Position numbers and translations under genes: made by a program. The notes under the pieces are model-generated. The model searched no databases, had not been told where the DNA came from, and saw only the letters and a list, made by a program, of their open reading frames with translations. Of a DNA stretch of 64,000 nt, positions 12,575-24,607 are shown piece after piece. The stretch's first letter is position 1; every line of letters starts with the position of its first letter. Origin of the DNA: Octopus vulgaris (taxonomy: Eukaryota); contig OX597816.1 in the NCBI GenBank assembly GCA_951406725.2, forward strand, positions 111,538,001-111,602,000, written 5' to 3'.

Positions 12575-13254
12575 CATACTCACATCAGTTGGCTTTGATA
12601 TTTGTTCCGGAGCCATCCATTTTACGAATGGTATGGTATATTATTTTGGCAATAATAACGTGCAACATAGGAAGATAGCTCATTAATACTTCTGGACAGC
12701 TATTGATCATATATGCAGTTTTTCTCATAGACATATAGCATAACTGATATTTTTCTGTCATATCTCAATATTCTACAGTCTCTGCTTTTTTTCATTTTTC
12801 TTTTCTCTCAACAGGTAATTTGTAGCTATCTCCTGCTTCTGGATTTTAAAGAAATGACACTCAAAGCATGTTACAATGTAACAGTCATGAGTTTTGACAA
12901 TACTTCTAGTCAATATTAGTATCACTATTTTGCTAAAGTCTAATTTGCTTTTCATCCTTTCAGGGTCAATTAGAATAGGTCAACTAGAGTCAACGTAATT
13001 CACTTACCCCTCCCCCAAACTTGCTGGGCCTGTCCCATGATTTGAAACCTATATTAATATCACTATTAAGTCTGTGTGCAGTCTTTTACTGGTACCAAGG
13101 ATGTTCCTCCAGCTGTTCTGGGGTCACACAGAATATCACATAGAAGTCAATTAATTCAAAAATGATCTCATTATTGGAAACTGGATTGTTGTTGGTGTTT
13201 AGCTGGTGCTGTTTGAGGAAAACAATACAGTTTTCAAAGGATTTTTGAAAAAAG

Positions 13255-13500
13255 TAGCATCATCATCATTATCATCGTCATAATCATCATTTTATGTCTT
13301 CCGTCAATGCTGGATGGTTTGGCAGGAGCTGGCAAGTCAGAAGATTGTGCCAAGCTTTATTGACTGCTTTGGTATGGTTTCTGTGGCTGGATGCCCTTCT
13401 TAACACCAACCATTTTATATAGTGTACTGGATGTGCTTTTTTATGTGGCACCAGCAGCAGTGAGGTCAGCAAGTAACCTACAAGACAAAACCCCCTCAAA
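13255..13500 (-). mobile_element. 5'-truncated RTE LINE 3' end
   Basis: (cat)n tail followed by the reverse-complemented RTE 3' UTR. A similar piece lies at about 16530-16735. Confidence 0.65.
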
Positions 13501-14167
13501 TGAGGTGAGAGAAGCGGGGAGAGAGTTGGCTTTGTGCCAGTTGATGACAGATTAAAGTACGACCTCATGAGGAGAGAGAGAGAAGAGAGAGGAGAGAAAG
13601 GAGAGGGAGGAGAGAGAGAGATAAGAAGGAAGAGAGAGGAGATGATGAAGATGTGACTCAGGGTACACTCATGTAAGTGTGGAAGAACCAAGGATTGGAT
13701 AAGGGGAGTGGTTGGATGAATTCACAAGATTGCAAAAAGAGAGTAGGAGATGGTGAGAAGGGACTCTGTGAAAGATTTCACCTAAAGTTAGGACCTTGCT
13801 GGTTTTAATATCTATAGTCCAGTTGTGTATTCCAAGTGATGTTATCACCATTGATACAGAAAATTGTGGATATAACATTAATTCAGATTACTCTCTTAAA
13901 TTTTGTGCTTATTTTATTCTTTTATTCTTTTATTTGTTTCAGTCATTTGACTGTCGCCATGCTGGAGCACTGCCTTCAGTCAAACAAATCAAACTTATTT
14001 TTTGCAAGCCTAGTACTTATTCTATCGGTCTCTTTTACCAAATCACTAAGTTACGGGGAAGTAAATACACCATCAATTGTCAAGTGATAGTGGGGAACAA
14101 CAGACACACAAACACACACTTATACACACACACATACATATATAAATACGACAGGCTTCTTTCAGTT

Positions 14168-14334
14168 CTATATTTAAGAGATAAGGAATTATGTACATTA
14201 TTTACATTTGACGGATATTTGTCTTCATCTTGTTTGTTGTTAACACAATGTTTCGGCTGATAGACCCTCCAGCCTTCATCAGGTATCTTGGAGAAATTTC
14301 AAACCTAGGTTCTCATTCCTAAGGTATTTTTCGA

Positions 14335-14374
<40 letters not shown>

Positions 14375-14832
14375 ATTATGATTCAGGTCACTGCCTTGAA
14401 TCAAACTTGGAATCTTGGGGTTAGTAGCCCACGCTCTTAACCACTATGCTATATGCCCATGGGATGAAGTTAAAATAACAGACAGAGAACACTACTGGAA
14501 AATACAAAAACTAAAAAAGCAGCACATATTCTAGGACACAACAACCTCCTAAGCAGACTGAGTGCAGATATGTATAGCACATGGGAACTGGTATTAAGGA
14601 AGGATAGGAAAATATCAGATTTATAAACACTAAAATTCACTCCATGATTGCTAGTAACCCCAAGATTCCAAGTTCAATTCCAGGCAGTGACCTGAACAAC
14701 AACAATAATAATAATAATAATAACAATAACAGCAACATTGGAAAATACCTTAGGAATGTGAAACCAGGTTCGAAATTTCCCCAAGACACCTGATGAAGGA
14801 CAAATATTCATCATATGTAAATAATGTACATA
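14168..14832. mobile_element. Head-to-head pair of tRNA-headed, hammerhead-bearing retroposon units
   Basis: The left unit 14458->14168 (minus) and right unit 14650->14832 (plus) are inverted homologues. Each has tRNA-like sequence, (aat)n, then ctgatga. Confidence 0.8.
14242..14287 (-). ncRNA. Minimal type I hammerhead ribozyme motif (slightly decayed)
   Basis: Minus: gauac CUGAUGA a GGCUG gagggucuau CAGCC GAAA ca UU guguu. Stem I is gauac/guguu and stem II is 5 bp. Helix III ACAU is probably a CpG-decayed ACGU. Confidence 0.75.
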
Positions 14833-15679
14833 GGTTTCTGTCTACCAAATCCACTCACAAAGCTTTGGTTGGCCCAAGGTTATGTGGTTGGTAAGCAATC
14901 TACTGACCACACAGCCACTACACATAGTTATAGCTTTGAAATTTTGGTGATGCAGTTGTATATTTATAGAATGATATTATAGGGTAGGTGCAAGAGACCA
15001 GATCTGGTCAGTCTTAACATAAAACTGGTAGAATATTTGGGCCAGATATGACTAATTTAAATGCTAAAGTAAGACTGGAGGAACCAAGGACTGGATAGGG
15101 TGAGTTGTTAGATGAGTTCACGAGATTGCAAAAGGAGAGTAGGAGATGGAGAGGAGGGACTCTGTGAAAGATTCCACCTAAAGTTAGGACCTTGGTGTAG
15201 TAAACTTTGGTTCTTCTATTTTGTTAATATTTTTATATAACATATTTTCATCAATGCCAATGTCTCTGTTGCACTCATTGTCTGAAATAATGAGGATAGT
15301 GGCACCATTGACGTTACGGTTTCTTTTTGTTTTTTGGGTTTTTTTGTGAAGTAGCTTTCACACATTACCAATGTTCTAGTTCATAATACTGTTACACTGT
15401 TATTTAATCCAGCTGTTTCTCAGCACTGTAGTTAATTCCTGTGAAGATGTTCAGATTGTCAGCAGAGAATATATGGATTTCATGACGTTGAAATAAACAA
15501 CAAACTTATTGATGTCTTCTAATTTGTTTGTTTTTTCCTTATTTGTTACAAGAATTCTGTTATGGCAAGCCATCTTGGTTTGTCTATTTGACTTGTCATG
15601 TATATATGTATGTATGTGTGTATATATGTATATGCTGGAATGAATGCATGTCTTGTATCTATTTGTGTGTGAGTGCATG

Positions 15680-15945
15680 TACGAGGTTGTATTAGAAAGT
15701 TCCTGGACTAGTTCTGTAGCTTGCCAACAGATGACAGCACATGGTTGCATGTGCAGTGAGATCTCAGAGTAACCTTCATGAGGCAGTGTGTCAAGTTACA
15801 TTGCTGTGTTTACTTTGCAAGTTGTGAAGTGTTTGTCTGTGTGATATGCTGTAGTCTACTATAGCCTCGGGCTGACCAAAGCCTTGTGAGTGGATTTGGT
15901 AGACGGAAACTGAAAGAAGCCTGTTGTATATATGTGTCATATATG

Positions 15946-15976
<31 letters not shown>

Positions 15977-16212
15977 ATGTATGTTTGTATGCCTGTCCCC
16001 CCAACATTGCTTGACAACCGATGCTGGTGTGTTTACGTCCCCGTAACTTAGCAGTTCAGCAAAAGAGACTGATAGAATAAGTACTAGGCTTACAAAGAAT
16101 AAGTCCCGGGGTCGATTTGCTCAACTAAAGGTGGTGCTTCAGCATGGCTGCAGTCAAATGACTGAAACAAGTAAAAGAGTAAAGGAGTTTGAGTACTTTT
16201 TAATACCATGTA
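15680..16212 (+). mobile_element. Mariner ends (same family as 11651-12574) whose interior is replaced by a 5'-truncated family A SINE (15858-16190)
   Basis: 15680-15857 aligns to about 11651-11835. The SINE body and tail follow, then a right-TIR-like tactttttaataccatgta. Confidence 0.7.
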
Positions 16213-16799
16213 TGCATTTGAGTATAAGCATATATGTATGTATGTGTATATTCATTATTGTCAAACAATATGACAAATAATTAGTCAAGAAGTTACCATC
16301 AGTTTCATGTTGCAGGACAGAAGCAGATTGCTTCTTTAGAGCTGGACATACATAAACTCTAGGCTCACACTCAGAAGAAAGAAGAGTTATTTCCCTTGGC
16401 TTGGGGTATAAAAAAACATTTGAAAATTAGCAGTGAAAATTAAAATTCTTAGATTTTAAAGCTGTTTTATACCTACTGGTTACCACTGCTACTGCTGCTG
16501 TTGGTGTTGCTGCTGTTGCTGCTGCTGATGATGATTTAACATATTCCATGGACTGAACTGTGCAACAGGAGCTGGCAAGTCAGAAGACTGTGCCAATTTG
16601 TACTGTCCCCTTAGGCATGGTTTCTTATGACTGGATGCCCTTCTTAATGCCAACCACTTTACAGAATTTTTACTAGGTGCTTTTCACACAGCACAGTAGC
16701 AGCGAGGTTGCCCAGTAACTTGCAAGACAAGATTCCCAGTAGGCACAATATCTTCAATCAACAACATCACAATATTGGATGCTGTGCAATGTCTTTAAT

Positions 16800-16816
16800 A
16801 ATAGTAATGATGATGA

Positions 16817-16850
<34 letters not shown>

Positions 16851-16986
16851 GGTGGTGGTGGTGGTGGTGGTGGCGGTGGTGGTGGTGGTGATAATGATGA
16901 TGATGATGGCGATGATAATGATGATGATGATGGCAATGATGATGATGATAATGATGATGGCAATGATGATGATGATGATGATGATG

Positions 16987-17023
<37 letters not shown>

Positions 17024-17025
17024 TA
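16800..17025. repeat. Compound trinucleotide microsatellite (gat)n(ggt)n(gat)n(aat)n
   Basis: Directly visible. Similar tracts at 19640-19720 (agt)n and 20315-20490. Confidence 0.95.
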
Positions 17026-17629
17026 ACTCTTTCTAATTTAAGCAAAAGGCCAGCAATATTAAGGGGCGGGCCTATTGATTTCTTCTACTACTCAGCATGC
17101 AATATTAACGAAGCCATTGGGGGAAATTGTTGGTATATTGGTTGGAGGAACTAAACTTTTGTCCATAGCTTCATTCTCATGTTTGCTATTGCTTTTGTAA
17201 ATGTTGTTATTATTATTGTGTTTTTTTTTTCCTTTGCCTTGTGTTGCTGTTTTGGTTGACACTGGTTGTGACAATGGTGGTATTGCTGCTGATTTGAGAC
17301 AATGGTGGGAAAAAGCTTTATTGAAATTTTTGTTTTCACACTTCAATAAATGTCATAAAATTTTATTCTCTGTTTTCTTCGTTTTTCATGCGAGGTAAAT
17401 TTAGAAAATAAACTAAGATTTCAGACACTCAAGTGCTAAAATTGAATGAAGCTAACCTCATGAAGGTTTGTAAGTTTGCTTTTAAAACATATGGTAAAAC
17501 AAAAAAAATGTATAACCGTTTCCAAAAATTAACAAATACCTGCAGAAGTTGTGACCATGTGTCTTTTCTTTTAAAGTACAAAAGAAGGAGGAGGAGGAAG
17601 ATTTTCGAAAGAAATATGTTCAGTGAAGG

Positions 17630-19511
17630 AATAACCTCAGCAAAGATCTATCAAAACAATGAACACAGCACATGAACATCTCTGGACCCCTATAACAACT
17701 GAAGAGGTCACACAGGCACTGCAAAAACTAAGCAACTGGAAGGCACCTGGACACAACAAGATCCCCACCTTCTGGTTAAAATACTTAACAGGAATACATA
17801 AAAAGCTGGCTGAGAAATTTAATGACATACTAGCAGAGCCAGAGACAATGCCTGAATGGCTCACGGAAGGGAAAAACTATCCTAATTCCCAAATCCACTG
17901 AAACAGTAAACCCACAAAATAACAGACCTATAACTTGTCTCCCTGCAATTTACAAAGACCCTTTACTGCAATAATATTGTAGAGAATGAGCAAGCATCTG
18001 GAAGAAAACAACCTGTTTCCAGAAGAGCAGAAGGGATGCTGCAAGGGCTCACACAGCTTTAAAGATCAGCTAATGATCAATAAAGACTTAACTGAAGACA
18101 GTCACAGAAAGAAGAAGGGTCTAGATATGGCCTGGATCGATTATCAAAAGGCTTTTGATAGTATTTCCCAAATATGGATCCCAGAAACACTAGCCATGAA
18201 AAAAGGTTGTATCAATAATCATAAAATATATAAAATAATCCATGAATAAATGGCAGACATTGCTACAACTCCAGACAAAAGAGAGACTCATAAAAACTAA
18301 AGTCATCCTCATTAGAAGAGAAATATTCCAGGGAGACATACTCTCTCTCCACTCCTTTTCTGCTTGGCACTGACACCTTTATCTGACATGCTAAACAGAA
18401 CTGGATGTGGATACAACTGTTATGGCCAAATAATCAGCCACCTCTTATATATGGATGATCTAAAACTGTAAGCTACAAATGATAAGCAATTGGAAACATT
18501 ACTACAAACAGTACATGGATTTACCAAAGAAATAAACATGAAATTTGGCTTAGAAAAATGTGCCAAGGCAACCTTGTAAAGAGGAAATCTAGTTAAGAGT
18601 AGCAACATTACTCTAGATAAAGTAAATGAAATAAGATATTAGACCAAAGCCAGACATACAAATACTTAGGAATTAATGAACTAGATACATTGCAACACAC
18701 ATAAAGGAAAAGAGAATATAAAAAAAGAATATTATAGACAAGTCAGATTAATACTGAAAACAGAGCTCAACGTGAAAAACAAGATAATATGTATCAACAC
18801 ACAAGCTGTCCCAGTTATAAATTACAGCTACAGTGTTCTTAACTGGACCCTAAATGAACTAATCAAAATAGACAGGAAAACAAAAAAAATAATGACAGAA
18901 TTTAGGATGTACCACCCAAAATCAGACATAGAAAGCTTATATATCCAATATATGGAAGGTGGTAGAGGCCATATAACAGCTAGAAAACTATTACTAAATA
19001 ACTACCATAAGACTACAGACATGGTTGCTTTCTCTAATAGTGCTGATGTTGACAAAGCCTTTACCCATCAATGGTTAGTGTCTTCTGGCTTAAAATCAGA
19101 AACAGAAGGGCTTATCATAGCAGTCCAAGATCAATGCCTACCTACAGGGAATTACCAGGCCAGCATATTACAGAATGTCAGTAGCCCAATATGTCATGTA
19201 TGTCAACAGCAAAATGAAACTATTGATCATGTCTCCATGTGCAGTCTTCTTGTACCTACAGAATATCTCAACGGGCATGATAGAGCAGTAACATATATTC
19301 ACTGGGTAATTGGTAAAAACCTGGATCTACTCCATGATAAAAACTGGTGGGAACACAAACTGCCTCCAGTGCTTGAAAATGATCACATCTCACTCCTCTG
19401 GAACTTCACCATTCAAACTAACAGAAAGATAGATGCGAATAGACCAGATATTATATTGAAAGACTTCAGACAAAAATCATGCCTCCTCATTGATATGACT
19501 GTACCAATCAA
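17630..19511 (+). mobile_element. Decayed R4/Dong-like non-LTR retrotransposon (RT, CCHC knuckle, restriction-like endonuclease)
   Basis: NWKAPG, AWIDYQKAFDSI, LLYMDDLKL, GLKSETEGLIIAVQDQ, CHVC..ETIDHV..C and RPDIILKD..LLIDMTVP, spread across frameshifted ORFs. Confidence 0.9.
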
Positions 19512-19643
19512 CAGTTATATTTAAAGTAATTGAAAGAAACACAGAGTATTTCAAATTAAATACAGTAATGAAAGGGTTAAATAGATTAGCAAAAAATTTT
19601 CTTTGTGTAACAATTAAAGTTGGGACTGGTAAAAGGCTTAGAA

Positions 19644-19703
<60 letters not shown>

Positions 19704-22700
19704 ATAGTAGTAGTAGTAGTAGACCTGTCAACGTAGAAGATTTCAATTTATTATCCCTTAATTACAATCAGAAATTGCAATCACTTATATAGATTTTGAG
19801 TCAATTACGATATTAAAACGTTTATCTGAGAAGCACTACATACGAGAAGCTCAGAGGTGATATTTCAAATGTCCGGTTAAAGGAGCCACCTCTGTCCATG
19901 AAGGAATGAAAGTATAGGTTTTTAACCATCACAATTTCAATATCATATTGTTATTCCCTGCTACATTTAAAGATAAAAGGACTCAGGTAAATTTATTTGC
20001 TTGAAGTTGGTGCCATGCTATATGCAGCTAAAACAGGTGTGTAACAAGCCATTTGGGATCTTATAGCATAACAGATATGTGATGTTTTGTGTACCAGGGT
20101 TTGCATTATTTATTTATTGATATGTTCCTCTGTATACCACATTTTGAAGATGAGGAAATGTAAATGGATCACATATAAAATGGGTGTGACTTTTGAAATA
20201 GGAATGGAAGTTGGGAGATGAACAAACCTTGAAAGTTCATATATTTCAGTAATACTAATATAAAGGACTGAAATCTAATTACTAGTGTAAAGCGTGCTGT
20301 AGATAGAATTATTACTGATGGTGGTGATGACGATGGTGATGATGATGATGACGATGATGATGACGACGACGACGCCGATGATGATGATGGTGATGATGAT
20401 GCAGGTGGTGCTGGTGGTGCTGGTGGATAATGAATATGATATTGGTGGATAATGGTGAATGCTGATGATGGATAATTTTGATGATAATAATGATTATATG
20501 TAATGAGAGTTGGGGATATTTGACATTCATGATAATGATGAGGAATAGTTAGAGAAGGAAAAGGGAAAAAAACAACAAGTGACAATAATAATTACAGTAT
20601 AAACCATGAAAAAATTGGTAAGTGTGTCTATATTACATATAACATAAAAATGGGGGTTATATTTCCCACAGAAAACAGGAAAAAAACATGCAAAAAGAAT
20701 ACGAAATATATTTGCATAAGTAGCAATAACTGCTAACTCTTTGCAGTTATATGTCATTCGATTCATCTCCTATTTTATATCTGAATATCCCTTCTCATGT
20801 ATCTGCATTTAAAATCTGTTATTCTCTTTCATATTTGTGTAAATGAAGTTTGACATTTTAACCAGATTATTTCTCTTCATGTATGCTCATTAATATCATG
20901 CATGAATATCTCTTGGAAAACTGATTATCTCACAAAAGCTGTGTTATCACACCAAAAATAAAACCTATTTGCTCAGTAATGGTAGTGTTTGATTAAGATG
21001 GGAAGCAGTTGCTAGGAAAGTGTGGATGCAGAAATATTTGAAAATGTACGTGAAAGCTGACAACAAAATCACTGATACATCATGGAGATGGAGATGGATC
21101 CACTTCCATTGTTTTAAAGACTTCCTCTATGTTTGGTTGAAATATAGGTGTAAATGGAAACATATATATATTTACAAAAAGAGAGAAAAATGCCATATTG
21201 GGATGGAATAAATTATGCTTATTTGTTGGATTGTTTACATGCAAAAATGTAGATTTCATTTTTTTTATAAATGTTACAACCTGTGGCCATATATTTTTGG
21301 TAAAGCAATCATAAAAACACCATGCTTTTCTAATGACTTAACTCCAGGGGAATAATACACATGTTGAGAATTTTGTTTTTAGCATGCTTAAATTTATATC
21401 AATACCTTGATGACAAATCCTTTGATTGATCCACATGCAAATCAGTATTAAGTTAAAAAATAACATCATCTAACTTCAAATAAATGAAGATTATTGAACT
21501 TGTTTTTAATGAAGGCATTTTCTAGTGTGTGCTTACAGCAAGTATGAAACCATTTTAAGTCATTTATATGCTCAATATTATTTGCTGTGAAATATAACGC
21601 ACAGCTGTATTATTTTACATATAACTCTCAACAAATTTCCAAAAACACATATTAAATTCTAATTAACCATTTTTTCTCCCCCATTTGAAATGTTATCAAT
21701 ATAACTTGATAGAAACAAATATTGGAATATTTTCATTATCGTTATTCTTTTTTTCTTTAACATTTCAAAAGATTTTTTCCTTTTTAGTTCAATAAAATTG
21801 CAAATTTATATTATAACATTCAGCAAGTGAAGAAAAAATATAGAGATTACGAATGCTAAATATATTATTTTCTTTTCTTATCCTCTAAGAAGGAACTTAT
21901 CAAAATATATAGTGAAAATAATCCCAAGTTTGATTGGCTTTACAATCTTAAATCCATACAAGCATCATTTTATTACAAGAAAAATACAAATAAACAAGTA
22001 TTTATCACTTCCAGATATATCTAATTCAAGGATAGAATTTCTCATTTACTATAGTACTAAGCAAAGCAGTTGTATATTTCATTTTTGTATTTATTTATTG
22101 TTTGTTGAACTCATAATGCATATCATGACATGTTGAGGAGATCCTGCTGTAAGATTTTTACTTGTTTGTAAAATTTTTGGTTAGTTGTTTCATTCATAAT
22201 TTTAGCATTTTCTTGAAATAAGATTTCTGATATTCTAAATATATTATTTATAAGCAAATAAACATGTATACAAAACCCTGATGTTACTTAAAGAATTTCC
22301 TCTCATGAATATTGATAATTTTAAATTGATTACATTTATGGTTACAGGACCGTTAACTAACACACACATATGAAGCATAATACATACATACATGTACACA
22401 TATATGCAAACATGCATGTACACCCACACACATGTGAACATATACACATACACACTCACATATATACATATATATATAAGCATACAGGCAGATATAAGTT
22501 AACAGCCTTGTATAAACATGCAAGCATAGAGAAATTAATGTACAAAGTACACATATCGGCACTAACTAAAAGAGATATAAAAACACAAAAATGCAATATC
22601 ATATCCGTAAAAGTACAAATATCCACACAAATAAATAGAAAGAGTAATCTAGATATCAAGTTTCAGAATCCAGTTAGATGAAGTTATATATCTTAGTTTA

Positions 22701-22833
22701 ATTGCATCATTAAAATAATTAAGTAAAATTTTGATTAGATGCACACTACAGTGCAAATCTAATAAACGGTGACACACAGTTAAATTCATGTTAACACACA
22801 CACACACACACACACACATACATACATATATAT

Positions 22834-22867
22834 ATAAGAGCTATATATATATATGTGTGTGTGTGTG

Positions 22868-22915
<48 letters not shown>

Positions 22916-22935
22916 TATATATATATAGCTCTTAT
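22834..22935. repeat. Near-perfect 102-bp palindrome centred on (TA)n
   Basis: ataagagct(at)n(gt)n(at)n(ac)n(at)n agctcttat. Confidence 0.9.
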
Positions 22936-23041
22936 TTCTAGCATTGTAGGTGTTCTCACACCCTAGTTATATTTAGTGACAATTATAGTTTTCTTTTTTG
23001 GTAGCACATTGCACATGGCTGTCTATATTAATTTATTTATA

Positions 23042-23106
<65 letters not shown>

Positions 23107-23222
23107 GCACACACAGTAAAGCTCCTCTTCTATACACAGTTATGCACACGCACATATATAATATATAATATATGTATATACACATATGTACATATACATG
23201 TATACATACCTTTTTCCATCTT

Positions 23223-23487
23223 TTTACTTTTACTTGTTTCAGTCATTAGACTGCGGCCATGCTGGAGCACTACCTTTGGGAATTTAGTCAAACAAACCAA
23301 CCTCAGTACTTATTTTATTTTTCTTGAGCCTGGTACTTATTCTATTGGCTTTTTTGCTAAACAGCTAAGTTACAGGCCCTTGGTTGGCTCAAGGCCATAG
23401 TAGAAGACACTTGCATGAGGTGCCATGCAGTGGGACTGAATCTGGAACCATGTGGTTGGGAAGCAAACTTCTTACCACACAGCCAGG
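23223..23487 (-). mobile_element. SINE family A, internally deleted
   Basis: Tail ttttacttgtttcagtc and head cttaccacacagcc are present. The central microsatellite region is missing. Confidence 0.75.
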
Positions 23488-23493
23488 ATTGTA

Positions 23494-23531
<38 letters not shown>

Positions 23532-24191
23532 GCATTACAATAAGCACAAAATAGTAGTGGTAGTTTCCCATCCAACCATAAATCCATTTAGTTTATTATT
23601 CTAAAGAACTTTTATGCCAAAGTCTTCTTCAGCTACAAATAAAGCCCAAATAAAATAAATTCCAAATAGGCAACAGGTACATTGACATTATCCATTGAAA
23701 AACTTTCCTTACTCCTTACCAACACCATGAGTCTAGAACAGTGAACTGCTGTGCATCTGCCATCAACTTGTTGCTTGAGCTAACAAACAAACCACCCTAT
23801 GGGATTTACCTGGATGTACTTTGTGGATTTTTATCTATCTACATGTAAATCTATCTTGCTGAAAACCCCTGATTTCAGAGAGAAGTTGTTACAATTACTA
23901 ATTTAGACACCAGAATAATAAACACGATTATGTTACTATTATACTATAAAGATACCCACTTAGTCAGCAAGATAGTGAAGGTTTGTTCAATGTCTGCTTC
24001 GAGAAGTTTAACCTTTGAATAAGAATGAATCTGAAGTGGCTTATATGATTACCTACCTTTGCTACAGTCAGAGGTTTCACTCACACAGCCTTGGAGTGTA
24101 TAGAGATGATGGCTTAGCAGTTTTATGCAATATTAACCAACATTCATGATTTAAAGGGTTATTTAAGGAGTAAACTTAACCAGTAGGTTAA

Positions 24192-24607
24192 TAGGCGCAG
24201 GAGTGGCTGTGTGGTAAGTAGCTTGCTAACCAACCACATGGTTCCGGGCTCAGTCCCACTGTGTGGCATCTTGGGCAAGTGTCTTCTGCTATAGCCCCGG
24301 GCCGACCAATGCCTTGTGAGTGGATTTGGTAGACGGAAACAGAAAGAAGTACGTCGTATATATGTATATATATATGCGTGTGTGTGTGTTTGTGTGTCTG
24401 TGTTTGTCCCCTAGCATTGCTTGACAACCAATGCTGGTGTGTTTACGTCCCCGTCACTTAGCGGTTCAGCAAAAAGAGACCGATACAATAAGTACTGGGC
24501 TTACAAAGAATAAGTCTCGGGGTCGATTTCCTTGACTAAAGGCGGTGCTCCAGCATGTCCACAGTCAAATGACTGAAACAAGTAAAAGAGTAAAGAGTAA
24601 AAGAGTA
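24192..24607 (+). mobile_element. Full-length, well-preserved SINE family A
   Basis: A box tggctgtgtggt, B-box-like ggctcagtccc, CORE-like cttgggcaagtgtctt, internal microsatellite and gtaaaagagtaaagagtaaaagagta tail. Confidence 0.9.

Larger units (their letters stand above)
13920..14925 (-). mobile_element. SINE family A split by the 14168-14832 insertion
   Basis: The family sequence ggcttctttcagttt|c(c/t)gtctaccaaatcc is interrupted: the left part ends at 14167 and resumes at 14834. Confidence 0.8.

Noticed and set aside
14385-14458. tRNA gene (also the heads at 3476, 24192 and 31020)
   Set aside because: A/B boxes are present but there is no complete cloverleaf with an acceptor stem, and the heads run on into repeat bodies.
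16708-17154. ORFs encoding poly-M/V/I, poly-D/G/N or poly-P/S
   Set aside because: They are translations of a compound trinucleotide microsatellite. The same applies to ORFs at 19477-19792, 20169-20585 and 35586-35861.
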